DNA from: Octopus sinensis
Lineage: Eukaryota
Assembly: GCF_006345805.1 (NCBI RefSeq)
Contig: NC_043006.1
Span: 43,524,001-43,588,000 of the forward strand
Reading direction: 5' to 3'
Length of the DNA: 64,000 bases
In this document: piece after piece, positions 26,801 through 40,525 of the stretch
Layout: every line of letters begins with the position of its first letter
How positions within the stretch are numbered: the first letter of the stretch is position 1
Translations under genes and position numbers: made by a program
Notes under the pieces: model-generated
Database searches by the model: none
The model's input: the letters and a program-made list of their open reading frames with translations, nothing else
Told to the model about the DNA's origin: nothing

Positions 26801-28361
26801 CAAACTGCTTCTTTTGCAAATAGACTTTTCACATAGCTTCCTACCAAATACACTAAATGCAGTTGCAACTTAACAATAACTAGACCACCACCCTGCACCG
26901 TCTTCACCTCACCCCTCTTATTTTTCTTATGTTTGGTTTCTGTTATTGTGTGTGTCTGTGTGATGTAGTTGTTGTTGTTTATATGACCATGAAATATCTC
27001 AGAGGAGTAAGTTGAGAATCTATATATTGATTTTATCTCATTTAATCCTAGAATGGAGATCAACCAGCATAGATATGCATTCTCATGGAAACAAGATAAT
27101 GGGAATAGAAAAAATATTTAAAATGTGTGTGTATGTGGAAAACGATATGAAAAAATATATACATCAGTAAAATATGGCAAGGAGGAAAAAAAAAAAACAG
27201 AAAGTAGCAATAAGAGAAAATAGAAATTCTATTTTGCATTTCCTACATTAGATAGAGGGAAAAAATGTTTATGATATAGCAATCAATACTACATTTGCAA
27301 CTAATACACTTGTTGGTTGAGGAAAATATTCAGAATTTTTCTTTTCTATTTAAATCAAATATTCCTAGTAATTAGAGTATGGAGCAGCCATAATAACCAT
27401 GTGTTCTCTGCAAAACTGTCCATTTCCTATGTTAGTTTCACAATAACGTAGAAATGTAAGGTTGACAGATACTGGGAGACAGCAGGAAAATATTCTTTAA
27501 CATAGATTAAAGACTGTTTGGAGAACCAACAATAGAAGAACTGCTTTAAAATTCAAAAATCTAATAACAGGAGCCTGTTTTACGCCCTTCACACTAGCCT
27601 TGGAATAATTTCAAAAAGTAAGCACTTTCCATGTGGAGCCAGCCTGTTTTCAATGCCTGCATTACAAGAAAGTTATAATTTCCACAAGTTCTATGTAAGA
27701 CATATAAATCTCTCTCTGTTATGCAGAAAGTAACAACAAGAGGAAAGAAACATTAAAACGATACCCATTTGATATATAGCTGACAAAATGGTGGGGTTTT
27801 TTTTACAAGAGGGAAATCTATAACCAGTATTGAACTTTGACTAACTTTGATGCTGCTATAGCTAACTTAGCAGCAATAATCTGAATATAAATAGCAAACA
27901 GAAAATAAAAGAGGAACCCGCATGGAGTATAGCAGAAACGCTATTATGATAGACATCAAACACACATATTTTTCTTAACGAATAAATGAATAATTAAACA
28001 AGATAATTAAATAACATTATAATGGAAGTGAATGGAATATAATTTCCAGATGAAAGGAAAATTAACTAAAAAAAAAAAAAAAAAAAAAAAAGAAATTAGA
28101 TTTTCTATCTTATAATCAAATTCAGCCTGAATTTGATGGATTTTTTTCATCCCCAGCTTCACACCAATGTAGCAAACAAAAAAAGAAAAAAAAACAGCCC
28201 AAGAAAATGTTTGAAATTATTAAATTTAAGGTAGAATTTATAACGAGTTGGGGTGGGGGGTGGGGTAGAGGGATGGTCAGATTTAAAAAAAAATTGTGGC
28301 ACTTAGCTAATGTTAAGTACTAAAGGTCAGGGTAGGTTGAGCAGCCTTAAAGTAAGTTTAC

Positions 28362-28427
28362 CTGGTTCACGTAGAATGTTATGCTACCACTTTGCTGAGT
28401 GGCCACATTGTCATGAGTACCCCGATA
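28362..28427 (-). CDS. Candidate 66-nt internal exon, phase 0-0 (YRGTHDNVATQQSGSITFYVNQ), product unknown
   Basis: Strong acceptor GTTTCCTTTTTCTCCTCTTGTAG and donor CAG|GTAAAC. Length is divisible by 3, only frame 0 is open, and CpGs are retained. Confidence 0.5.
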
Positions 28428-28733
28428 CTACAAGAGGAGAAAAAGGAAACAGCACGTTATACAACTAGAGGTGGACATTCAATAATGTAGAAGATGAGGT
28501 AAATGAACAGAGAAGGAGGGGGTTGTTTTCTTTTTTTTCCCGGTTATTTGTAGATTTTCTTTCTTTTCAAACCCTTCCCCTCCCCCACCTCAAACTCTGC
28601 TTGATAGGGTTATCAAAAACTATTGCTTGTCAGTAAGACTTCTAAATGGACGGGGAGAAAAAAAAAATTGATCTTTTGCGTTCTTTGAAACAACTAACAC
28701 TTAACAATCACACCTTGCCCCAACACACAAACG

Positions 28734-28773
<40 letters not shown>

Positions 28774-29005
28774 CACACTCACATATATGTATTTGTGTAT
28801 GTATGTATGTACATATATATGTATACACACACATATATATATACACATACACACACATATATATATGTATTTGTGTGTGTATGTATGTACATATATATAT
28901 ATATACATACATACATTATATACACATATATGTACACACATACACATATATACATATATATGCATACACATATATACATAGATACATATATATATATAGA
29001 TACAT

Positions 29006-29040
<35 letters not shown>

Positions 29041-29992
29041 CACACACACATACAGAAATAAGTAGATCGAAGTGCTAATGTATATTTCTATTATCACAAG
29101 AAACATCGATTGCTTGCTCTACAGTAAATTAGAAAAGAAATTTTAATTAATTGATAGCACTCAATGTTAATTGTAAAAGGCTAGCTGGGAAGTAAAGCAG
29201 CTTCTGAATGAAAGTGCCAGAAAGTACGAAGCAGAATCAAATTAAAAAGATGCTTGGGTACTGATTGTTGTTGTAAAGTCTTCAAATATTTCAGCCAAAG
29301 TCTTAACTAAAAATAAACAGCAGCATAGCTTCCTCCGAATACCCTCATGGACCCTGTAATTCCTACCGTTCTACTGAAATTGTCACACCTATTTTTCGAT
29401 GTTAATCACATTAGGAATGCTTGCAAGAAAGTAAAAGGCTTTTAACACTACACAGTGATGAACAGTTTAGTGAAGACATGCTGTTTTTCATTTTTTTTCA
29501 TTTTTTTTTAAAGTCTCAAAAATATACATAGCATCAAAGTGTTAAAAAAAAAAGAAAAGAAAAGACAAAGTGTGGAAAGGCGGGGAAAGAAAGAAAGAAA
29601 GAGACATATCCTGAAAAAATGCATGTTAACGTAAATTCAGTGAAATTAGTTATTCTGCGTTGAAAAACAAACAATCAAGAAAGAACAACATTAAGTAATT
29701 ACTAACGAGGCAAAGATTTGTGTTGGAATTAAAGGGATTAGTTTATTATTATTACTATTTTTATTCATTTTAATGTGGAAAACACACACAGAAATGACAA
29801 ATAAAAGAGATTAAAGTAAATTAATTTCACTACTAGACTCAGTGTTGGTTAATAATTTAGTGGAAAGTAAAAACAAAAGATTAGACATATTTTCTAAACA
29901 TGCATGTTTATAACAACAGTGTTGCTTTATTTTGTGCAGATCAAGGAATGAAGTGCTGTATACTTCCAAAGTACTAATATTATTTTTACAAG

Positions 29993-30035
<43 letters not shown>

Positions 30036-30145
30036 TTGGAAACAAGACTGACAATAACGACACCAACAACAACCACAACCAAAACAACAACATCAATAAC
30101 GAAGACTACCACACCAATAACAACATGGAACAATTTAAATGACGG

Positions 30146-30188
<43 letters not shown>

Positions 30189-30824
30189 GTAATAATAATA
30201 ATAGCAGCAACACTGATATTGATGACGACAATGAGAGTATCAAGTGCAGTCACTTAATATCTCATGAACAACAGAAGAGGGTCTTTTGTCTCCTAAATAT
30301 TTCTCAAAATACAAGAAGTAGAAAAGAAAGTTTTAATCTGCAAAACAAAATAATATAATTACTCCTGCTATAGACAGAGAAAGATTTTAAAAATAGCATT
30401 CGCATTTCCAGCCACGAAATGGGAAAAAGACGACGACGAAGAAATTCTTTTGGGAAATGGAAATTACACTGATATATGTTATTACCTTTGAAAAGACAGA
30501 ATTTTCTGTCAGATGTAAATAAACAAATGATATTGGAGATGATGATGATAATGATGATAATAATGTACAAGAGAAAAAATCTATTATATGAGAGGAAAAA
30601 AAGACAATTAGTATTGTTAATAAATATATATATATTTATATATATATGTAGTTGGATTCTTAATATTCTGTGCAGTTTGGTGATATTGAACACTGGAAAG
30701 AACATATATATGATGGGCATGACATGAAATATTTAAACTATGCCTTAACAACAAATTAAGGAGGGGGGGGCAAAGTGAAACTATCAGTGCTGTTGTTGTT
30801 ATTATTATTATTATTATTATTATT

Positions 30825-31171
30825 GAGTGAGAGAGCAGTGCATGCCATCGAATTGATGCTGGGGTAAAATATACAAAGCCCAGTATACCCATCATGACCA
30901 CCCCTTCTGATAAGGGTACACCGGGTACATGCATCACAACCATGTGTGTGCAACATGATGATCTCATATCAAGATAAACAGTGCATGACCTTGAAGGTGA
31001 GGCCCAGTTAGAATTTTCTTCAAGTCGAGTAGCCCATCCCGCTCAAAAGGACCCTGAATAAGGGTTGTTTCAGGATGTTGAACAAAACACCCATATTTCC
31101 GAAGGTGAATTATCCAAACCCCAAAGAATTCCTCTGAACACATAGCTATGATGCTCCCCCACTACTTCTGC
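30825..31171 (-). mobile_element. Repeat family C, 5'-truncated retroposon 3' end in (TAA)n
   Basis: Homologous to 33203-33686. Both copies end ...CTCTCTCACTC(AAT)n on minus but start at different points. Confidence 0.75.
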
Positions 31172-31203
31172 ATTATTATTATTATCATTATTATTACTAT
31201 TAC

Positions 31204-31235
<32 letters not shown>

Positions 31236-31236
<1 letters not shown>

Positions 31237-31462
31237 AAAATTGACTCAGGATTTGGTATCCACATTTTCAATAAGCTGTCAAGTGCTCAAAACCCTTCCG
31301 ATGATGATTTTACCCGTTCTTCTAAAGAACATTCCATTCCAATCGCCTTCATCCATGTCATTATTTATAGTCCCTAATGCACCAATTATCAGAGGCACAA
31401 CCTTTACAGATTTCATGTTCCAAATCTTCACAAACTCAAATTTTAAGAGGATATATTTTTCA
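31236..31462 (-). mobile_element. 3' fragment of an R4/Dong-like element (RLE domain C-terminus)
   Basis: Minus strand encodes EKYILLKFEFVKIWNMKSVKVVPLIIGALGTI, matching the KY..L..E....W.......VP.IIGALG motif. (TAA)n on both sides. Confidence 0.75.
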
Positions 31463-31498
<36 letters not shown>

Positions 31499-31624
31499 AA
31501 ATCATTATTATTATCATCAGTAGTAGTAGTAGTAGTATGCATGCATGCTTGTTACATGTGCTTGAAAAGTATATTTTATTTCTAAAGAAAATAAGCTCAT
31601 CCTGAGTTCCATTGTTATTCTTAA

Positions 31625-31838
31625 CCCTTCAAGCATTTAAACTGGCCCAAATATTCTCTCTGTTTTCCTTTTCAAACTGGACAGATCCAACTTCTCTCAC
31701 CTACCCTACAATGTCATTCTAAAAATCAACAGTCACATCATCAAAGTCTCAATGCTATGAGATAATATAGGATTAATTGAAAACAATGTGAATAAACAAG
31801 CATTACATTTGACAGAGTAATCTGAATGCTTAGTGGGG
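31625..31838. mobile_element. piggyBac-like MITE, second copy (partial third copy at 32032-32126)
   Basis: Starts TTAA-CCCTTCAAGCATTTAAA and shares CACCTACCCTACAATGTC with 1054-1268. Confidence 0.7.
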
Positions 31839-32472
31839 TAACCTGTTGTAAATTAGAAGGGAGCTAATAAAAGAACAGCAATGAAGATGGTCAATGATGG
31901 TGAGTGGAGAGGAGAGATAACAACATTCAGAAAAATAAGAAGATAACCCAAGCTCCAATTTCCAAAAGACTGTTACCAAAAACCATAGCACACAAGGAAA
32001 TAAGCTCAGCCGGAATTCCAGTTATTCTTAACCATTTAGAATTTAAATCAGTCATATCTGGTCGCAACCCTACCCTACAATGTCATTCTAAAAATAAACG
32101 GTCACATCATTGAAATCTCAAAGCTATTATGAAATATTGTACACAACGAGGTCTTTAGCTTCAAATATTGTTTTAGCTAAATTTACATCAGTTTAGTTAT
32201 GCTTAATATTTATTATATTGTCTCAAACACTGTAAGTTATCTAAATCATTAATTTTTCCAATAACCTCAATCTGTTGCCTAGCTCTTATCATAAAAATGT
32301 TTAATACAATGAAACAATGATCTGAAGTTATATAAATTTTATAAATCAAAAAATAAAAATAAAATTTGGTTTTCAAAATTCTTGATGTAAACTCATGTGG
32401 CATAATGACCCTCATGAGATACAAAATAATAAAAAAAAAAAATAATAAAGAAATTATGATGTGAAATTTCTG

Positions 32473-32876
32473 CAGGTACAGGCATGGTTGTGTGGTAAAA
32501 AGCTTATTTCACAACCACATGCTCTGGGTTCAGTCCCACTACATGGCACCTAGGCCAAGTGTCTTCTGTTATAGCCTGGGCCAACCAAAGCCTTTGTGAA
32601 TGGACTTGGTAGGTGGAAACTGAAAAGAATCCAGTCGTATGTGTGTGTGTTTATCTTTGTATGTCCTCTACTACCACTTGAAAACTGGTGTTGGTGTGTT
32701 TATGTCCCTGTAACTTAGCAGTTTGGCAAAAGAAATTGTTGGAATAAATATCAAGCTTATAACAAACAATAAATAAATAAATAAATAAATAACTGGGGTC
32801 AATTCATACAACTAAAAATTCTTCTAAGTGATGCCCCAGCATGACCACAGTCTAATGGGTGAAACAAGTAAAAGAT
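32473..32876 (+). mobile_element. SINE family A, full length
   Basis: Head, CORE-like domain and tail ...GAAACAAGTAAAAGATAA. Confidence 0.85.
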
Positions 32877-33202
32877 AATGTTTCTTTTCTTTAGGTAGAA
32901 GGAAAGAAAATTCAGAGAAGGTACTTTTCATGCTGCAGATTAATGTTGAACCTTTTTTATGTGACGTGACCCCCCCCCCAGCCTAGATAATCCTAGGTAC
33001 TCTCTTTGCCCCTGATTATGAAATTTTACTGAATCTTTAGTTATACTGTTGTTATTGTTGACGTCTTTTCAATGGATGTAACCCCCTCATCCACCTTTGT
33101 GTGTTTTGTATGCTGTCATTGTATTGTCCTCAATGTCTTGGGATCTTGTGACCAATAAAACAAATTATTATTAATATTCTTCTTCTTCTTATTATTATTA
33201 TT

Positions 33203-33686
33203 GAGTGAGAGAGCAGTGCATGTCATCAAAGTGACACTGGGGCAAAATATATGAAGCCCAGTATACCCATCATGACTACCCGTCTGATAAGGGCACACTA
33301 AGCACATGCATCACAACCATATGTGCGTGACATGGTGATTTCATATCAAGATAAACAGTGCATGACCTTGCAGGTGGGGCCCAGTTAGAATTTTCTTCTG
33401 GTTGAGTAGCCCATCCCGCTCAAAAGGACCCTGAATAAGTATTGTTTAAGGATGTTGAATGAACCACCCATGTTTCCAAAGGTGAATTATCCAAACTCCA
33501 AAAGAATTCCTCTCAACCCATGGCTATGATACTTCCCCACTGCTTACAAGCAAATCTGTGGTATTGAGCAGAATATTTGCTGTAACCCATCTTTTATACC
33601 AAGACAAAACAATGTACATGATAACACTTCCAATCATTTAAGATCAGAAGCCATGAGAGCCATTGGCTGGTACTGCATCAGGGAAA
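33203..33686 (-). mobile_element. Repeat family C, longer copy in (TAA)n
   Basis: About 340 bp align with 30825-31171, plus ~140 bp of extra 5' sequence. Both flanks are TAA/ATT repeats. Confidence 0.75.
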
Positions 33687-34161
33687 TATTATTATTATTA
33701 TTATTATTATCATCATTATTATTATTATTATTATTATTATTTTGTTCCACTAATAGAAGTAAAAACAGTGAAGAGCTTGACTAAATAGCAAGCTAGTTCC
33801 ACTTAGCTATAATCTTTTAATTACTGAATTCATATCCAGCCAGAGTTGACATTATTTTTCATTCTTCCCAGGGTCGATAATATATATATCAGTAACATAC
33901 TGGAAATTAATTCACTTGACTAGATTCTTTCCTCAACAAATGATTTTGATAATGTTAGCTTTATCTGGGAGGAAAAGATAAAATGCCGGCAAATATATCA
34001 ATTCAATGTATTGCTATGTCTTTCCTAAAGAATTAGCATATAAAATGTCTCATTTATGATAATTACAAATGTAATTAATCAGAGACCACACAAAATTTAA
34101 ATATTAAACTGTAGCAACATTTCAATTCAATATCATAAAAATATTGTAATGTAAAAAAAAA

Positions 34162-34219
<58 letters not shown>

Positions 34220-34317
34220 TTTGGGATATTACATACTCATTTTCCTGCTATCAGTAATAATATTAATAATAATAATAATAGTTCTTTTTTTTTTAATAAT
34301 GATAATAATAATAATAA

Positions 34318-34910
34318 CATATTAAGGAATGTCAGTAGCTCGACATGTTGTGTATGTAAACAACAAAATGAAACCATTGATCATGTTGTCTCCATGTGCA
34401 GTCTTCTTGTGCCTACAGAGTATCTCAACAGGCATGATAGAGCAGCATAGTACATTCACTAGGTAATTTGCAAAAACCTTGACCTGCTCCATGATAAAGC
34501 TGGTGGGAACACAAACCACCTTCGGTGTTTGAAAATGATCACATCTCAGTCCTCTTGAACTTCATTCACTGTTCAAACTGACAGAAAGATAGATGCGAAT
34601 AGGCCAGATATTGAAAGACTTCAGACAAAAATCATGCCTCCTCATTGAAATGACTGTCCCAATTGACATAAATGTATCTGTCAAGACCTACCAAAAACTG
34701 AGGAAGTATAAAGATCTTGAAATAGAAATTGGTAAGAGGTAGAACCTGAAGACTAAAACAATGCCTGTTATCATAGGTGCCCTCAGAATGATAGCAAAAG
34801 GGGCTGATTGCTACCTAGCTCAGATACCAGGAAACCCCAAAATGGCAGAAATTTAAAAGATAGTGCTCATGGGAACTGCCCATATCCTACATAAAATACT
34901 AGCTATGCAA
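34318..34910 (+). mobile_element. Decayed R4/Dong-clade retrotransposon: CCHC zinc knuckle plus restriction-like endonuclease
   Basis: Manual translation with stops and frameshifts: TCCVCKQQNETIDHVVSMC...RHD...WWEHKP..V.EN...QTDRKIDANRPDI...LIEMTVP...KLRKYKDLEIEI...PVIIGALRMI...VLMGTAHILHKIL. The 5' flank is (TAA)n. Confidence 0.9.
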
Positions 34911-34943
34911 TCTACAATTCTGAAACAAACTTATAATGTAACA

Positions 34944-35472
34944 AATTCAGAATGTAAAGATAGATGAAATACCACTAAACATTTTGCCCAGCATGCTAAC
35001 ATTTCTGCCAGGTTGCCGCCTTAATAATAACAATAATTTCAAATTTCTGTAACAAGGGCAGCTTGGGGGAGGGTATTAAGTCAATGACATTGGCCCCAGT
35101 ATTTCACTGGTACCTAATTTACCAACCCCCGAAAGGCGGAATTTGAACTCAGAATGTAACGACGGGTGAAATACCACTAAGCATTCCGTCCAGTGTGCTA
35201 ACAATTCTGCCAGCTCACTGCCTTAATAATAATAATAATAATAATAATCCTTTCTACTATAGGCACAAGGCCTGAAATTTTGGGGGAGGGGACTGGTTGA
35301 TTACACCAACCCCAGTGGTGTAATCACTGGTACTTAATTTATTGACCCCGAAAAGATGAAAGGCAAAGTCCTCAAAGACATCAATGGAATCTGAGCTCAG
35401 ATTGTAACGATGAATGAAATACCTCTAAACATTTCACCCAGTGTGCTAACGATTCTGCCAGCTCACCGCTTT
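34944..35472 (-). mobile_element. Cluster of three SINE family B copies or fragments separated by (TAA)n
   Basis: Copies at about 34944-35022, 35037-35224 and 35246-35472, reverse complements of the 5647-6378 copies. Confidence 0.85.
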
Positions 35473-35491
35473 AATAATAATAATGATGATG

Positions 35492-35526
<35 letters not shown>

Positions 35527-35538
35527 AATAATAATAAT

Positions 35539-36464
35539 AGTTTCAAATTTAGGTACAAGGCCAGTAAGGTCAGGGGAGGGGTGAAGTCTGGTGGATGGAC
35601 AGGCAAGCAGATAGACAAATAAGAGGATGATTGAATAGATGGATACGCAGATGGATACCTGGAAAGACAGATGGATAGACAGACGGAGAGATTGACAGAT
35701 AGATAAAGTGCACTGAATTAAAACTTGGTGCCGTTATATTACAGGTTCTTATTTTAGTAAATTACTTTGGGAAAATCAAAGTCCACAAGTAGGATTTGAA
35801 AACTAAACCATACAAGCCATCATAAAACACCTGCATACACACAACTCTCAGTAACAACACCACTAATATGTATGTAACTACACATCATGGCTAAATGACC
35901 AAAGACTACATTATAGGAAGGACAATGGGACAGAGTGTGATACTAAGAAATATGGTAAGAGAGCGGTGGGGATATGGTAATGGAGAAGTGAAACTGTAGT
36001 AATAATAGTGGTGGTGATGGTGGCGGTGCTGTTAATGCTGGTGATAGTGACTGTTGTGTTGATGGTGGTGGTCATGAAAGGAGGAGAGGTGACAGGGTTA
36101 GTGGAATAAGTAGTTGAGTGTGGTAGAGAGAGTGTTGGTGGGTCGGAGATGGTGGCAGAAGTTATGATGGGAGTTTATAGCAATAATAACAGCGGTAGTG
36201 AAAGCATTAGTGGTGGTAATTATAGTGGTAATAATGGAAGGAGTGGAGGGGGAGGGGATGGCGACAGCAGGGGAGATGCCGGTGGTGGTGTCTGCGGAAA
36301 CAATAAATCAGAACCTAACACCATAGTCCAGTAGGCAGAGACAAGATAGAGCATAAGAATTGGACATTTTTCTGGTGCTGAGTAGAGAAGTAATGGAAAA
36401 AGTGAATAATAATAATAATGACAATAATAATAATGATAATAATAATAATGATGATAATAATAAT

Positions 36465-36496
<32 letters not shown>

Positions 36497-37478
36497 AATA
36501 ATAATAATAGTTTCAAATTTAGGTACAAGGCCAGTAAGGTCAGGGGAGGGGTGAAGTCTGGTGGATGGACAGGCAAGCAGATAGACAAATAAGAGGATGA
36601 TTGAATAGATGGATACGCAGATGGATACCTGGAAAGACAGATGGATAGACAGTCGGAGAGATTGACAGATAGATAAAGTGCACTGAATTAAAACTTGGTG
36701 CCGTTATATTACAGGTTCTTATTTTAGTAAATTACTTTGGGAAAATCAAAGTCCACAAGTAGGATTTGAAAACTAAACCATACAAGCCATCATAAAACAC
36801 CTGCATACACACAACTCTCAGTAACAACACCACTAATATGTATGTAACTACACATCATGGCTAAATGACCAAAGACTACATTATAGGAAGGACAATGGGA
36901 CAGAGTGTGATACTAAGAAATATGGTAAGAGAGCGGTGGGGATATGGTAATGGAGAAGTGAAACTGTAGTAATAATAGTGGTGGTGATGGTGGCGGTGCT
37001 GTTAATGCTGGTGATAGTGACTGTTGTGTTGATGGTGGTGGTCATGAAAGGAGGAGAGGTGACAGGGTTAGTGGAATAAGTAGTTGAGTGTGGTAGAGAG
37101 AGTGTTGGTGGGTCGGAGATGGTGGCAGAAGTTATGATGGGAGTTTATAGCAATAATAACAGCGGTAGTGAAAGCATTAGTGGTGGTAATTATAGTGGTA
37201 ATAATGGAAGGAGTGGAGGGGGAGGGGATGGCGACAGCAGGGGAGATGCCGGTGGTGGTGTCTGCGGAAACAATAAATCAGAACCTAACACCATAGTCCA
37301 GTAGGCAGAGACAAGATAGAGCATAAGAATTGGACATTTTTCTGGTGCTGAGTAGAGAAGTAATGGAAAAAGTGAATAATAATAATAATGACAATAATAA
37401 TAATGATAATAATAATAATGATGATAATAATAATGATAATAATAATAATAATAATAACAACAATAATGATAATAATAA
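35539..37478. repeat. Near-perfect 970-bp tandem duplication (two units)
   Basis: TTTCAAATTTAGG at 35541 and 36511, and identical ORFs offset by 970 (36149/37119). I saw one substitution outside the microsatellite (35683 A vs 36653 T). Junctions lie in AAT/GAT repeats. Confidence 0.95.
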
Positions 37479-38193
37479 TGATCATAATAAGAAAGCATCT
37501 TGCATTTTTATGCTGTCTACTCAAGGCTGGGAGTTGTCCGAATTAAGGGAAATATGATAAGTGGTAAAGAAAATAACAGTAATGTGAACAACACATAAAC
37601 CCCCTAAAAGAAAGAATATTCATACTGTACATTATCGGTTTATGACACACCAATGAATTGATTTCTTTCCGGAATTATCTGAAAATAAATTCTCTGCTCT
37701 GACTGAGTCACTATTGGCAGATCCATGGGGAATAACAGACATTTGCAGTGCATATTTATGGTGCATAATTAATTTACAAGTCAGCAAGAAGCAGAAGTTC
37801 AAGATAAAAGCTGTCTTTTGTAAAGAAGGGAAATACAGTAATAGAGTTTGCAAGTGGGGTCTCAATTTCACAGTGGTTGTGGGATGACGATCGTTACTGG
37901 AGCTTGTTTGTTCGTTTAGCAACAGCAAGACAAGTTGGAAACAATTTACAGAAGAATGCAGCAAAGATAATGGTTCATAACTGAAAGAATGTACTGACAG
38001 ACAGTCTTGTGTGAGCTACAAGGAGAGGGGAAAAAACGATCTTACTGACACACCAAAGCTGTGTCTTGGGGTGATTGAGTGAGTGAGAGAGCAAGAGAGA
38101 GAGAGAGAGTATGAAAGACAATAAAAGTCAACAATTGGCTGAGGCCACAATAGCAAAGAAACACAATTTCATCAATAGGAAAAGCACTGAGAA

Positions 38194-38229
<36 letters not shown>

Positions 38230-38232
<3 letters not shown>

Positions 38233-38414
38233 CCTTTCTACTAAAGGCACAAGGGCTGAAATTTTGGGGGAGGGCGCTGATACTTAATTTATTGAGCCCG
38301 AAAGGATGAAAAGCAAAGTCGACCTCAGCGGAATTTGAACTTGGAACATAGCGACAGGTGAAATTCTGCTAAGCATTTTGTCCAGCATGCTAAAAATTCT
38401 GCCAGCTCATCACC

Positions 38415-38466
<52 letters not shown>

Positions 38467-38710
38467 TAATAATAATGATAATAATGATAATAACCCTTTC
38501 TACTATAGGTACAAGGCCCGAAATTTTGGGGGAAGTGGACTAGTCGATTATATTGACCCCAGTGTTTCACTGGTGCCTCATTTTATCAACCCCAAAAGGA
38601 TGAAAGACAAAGTCGGCCTCAGCAGAATTTGAACCCAGAATGTAAAGACAGACAAAATGCTACTAAGCATTTTGCTTGACATGCTAATGATTCTGCCAGC
38701 TCAGTGCATT
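38230..38710 (-). mobile_element. Two SINE family B copies in (TAA)n
   Basis: About 38230-38416 and 38492-38710, homologous to the other B copies. Confidence 0.85.
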
Positions 38711-38739
38711 AGATAATAATAATAATAATAATAATAATG

Positions 38740-38772
<33 letters not shown>

Positions 38773-38773
38773 T

Positions 38774-39165
38774 AGACACAGGTATGGCCATGGGTTAAGA
38801 AGCTTGCTTTGCAACCATGTGGTTTCAGGTTCAGTCACACAGCATGATGCGTCTTCTACTACAGCCCCAGGTTGACTAATGCCTTGTGAGTGAATTTGGT
38901 AGATGGAAACTGTGAAGAAGCCCATCATGTATGTGTATGTGTGTCTTTGTGCCTGCATTAGCACCCAACCTCCTACATCTTGGAAACAAGTGTTGGCTTG
39001 TTTATATCCCCATACCTAGCATAGCATTTCAGCAATAGAGACTGATAAAATAAGTACCAAATTTTTTTTAAAATTAAGTATTGGGGTTGATTGGTTCAAC
39101 TAAAACCCTTCAAAGTGAGGACCCAGCATGGCCACAATCCAATGCGTGAAACATGTAAAAAAATA
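38774..39165 (+). mobile_element. SINE family A (diverged)
   Basis: Head, GTGAGTGAATTTGGTAGATGGAAAC, and tail CAGCATGGCCACAATCCAATG. Confidence 0.8.
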
Positions 39166-39756
39166 AAAATAAAAATAGCTTGGTGCCAAAATATTTTTTC
39201 TGTAATATATACTGTCAACAGTCATCAAAAACTTTCTTCAACCCACTATAGCTGTATAACCAACTTGCTAGATTACTTACTGATCACAAGTTCAAAGCAT
39301 TCTACAGCCAACATTCTATGTCCCTGTGGAATAAATTCATTCTGCCACTTTGCCTTATGGCTGAATATGCATAGGGGACACTCACTTTTCATGGTTCAAT
39401 GATTAGTATTTACAATTTCTTCCCCATAATCAAAAACAAAGGCTTACAGCAAGAACACACACACACACACACTTCCAAGTTGTACTTGTTTGCCAAGTGA
39501 CTTGATCTGAGGCCATGTGATTAAACCGAAAATGTTACATTGGGGAAGAGCAGCTTTATAATAGACAGTGCTATTAAGGATAAAACAAATAAAATGTGAG
39601 TATAATAGGTTTTTTTTGTTTCTTAAATGACTAAAATGACTTTTCCATAATATATAGGTTGTGTGAGTGTGTGCGCACGTGCACACACACACCTGAAAGT
39701 GCTGCCAATCAGTATGGATTAGGAAGAAAGTAAACTCACTGACACACACACATATA

Positions 39757-39798
<42 letters not shown>

Positions 39799-39834
39799 AT
39801 ATATATATATATATAAATCACTGACATTATATAC

Positions 39835-39874
<40 letters not shown>

Positions 39875-39959
39875 CTATATATATATATATATATATATAC
39901 ATATATGTAAAGTTAATCCAAACATGAAAGCACAAAAACACAACATAAATCACTGACAT

Positions 39960-40021
<62 letters not shown>

Positions 40022-40067
40022 ATATACACACAAATATATATATATATAAATCACTGACATTATATAC

Positions 40068-40104
<37 letters not shown>

Positions 40105-40120
40105 TATATATACATATATG

Positions 40121-40164
<44 letters not shown>

Positions 40165-40242
40165 TATATATATAAATCAGACATTATATATATACATAGA
40201 TATATATATATACACACACACATATACATAAATATATATCTA

Positions 40243-40459
40243 TGAGGGGATGCTGAAAAGTTCCTGCCTTTGGGTAAAAGAATGTACAGGAGGATCAGCT
40301 AATTATGATTTTATTCAACATATTCCGCTCTCAGAGTCACACATTTAATGCAGCAGTCCTTCAGTTTTTTTAAGATCTGTCAAAGAACTCGGAAGGTTGG
40401 GCCCCCAACCAGGCCTCTTGCAATACCCTTAAAGCCAGGAACTTTTCAACACCCCCTCA
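40243..40459. mobile_element. Tc1/mariner-type MITE with TA TSD
   Basis: TA-TGAGGGGATGCTGAAAAGTTCCTG ... CAGGAACTTTTCAACACCCCCTCA-TA, TIRs of ~30 bp. Confidence 0.85.
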
Positions 40460-40525
40460 TATGTATATTCATATATATATATATATTAAAAGGTTTGGAG
40501 ATGATGTACAGGTATTATATATTAG

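Noticed and set aside
30390-30520. Possible additional R4 fragment (ILWEMEIT after a frameshift)
   Set aside because: The match is too short and needs an indel; downstream motifs were not found.
36149-36334. Gly/Ser/Asn-rich 61-aa ORF present twice
   Set aside because: It derives from degenerate GGT/AAT repeats inside the 970-bp duplication and has no gene context.
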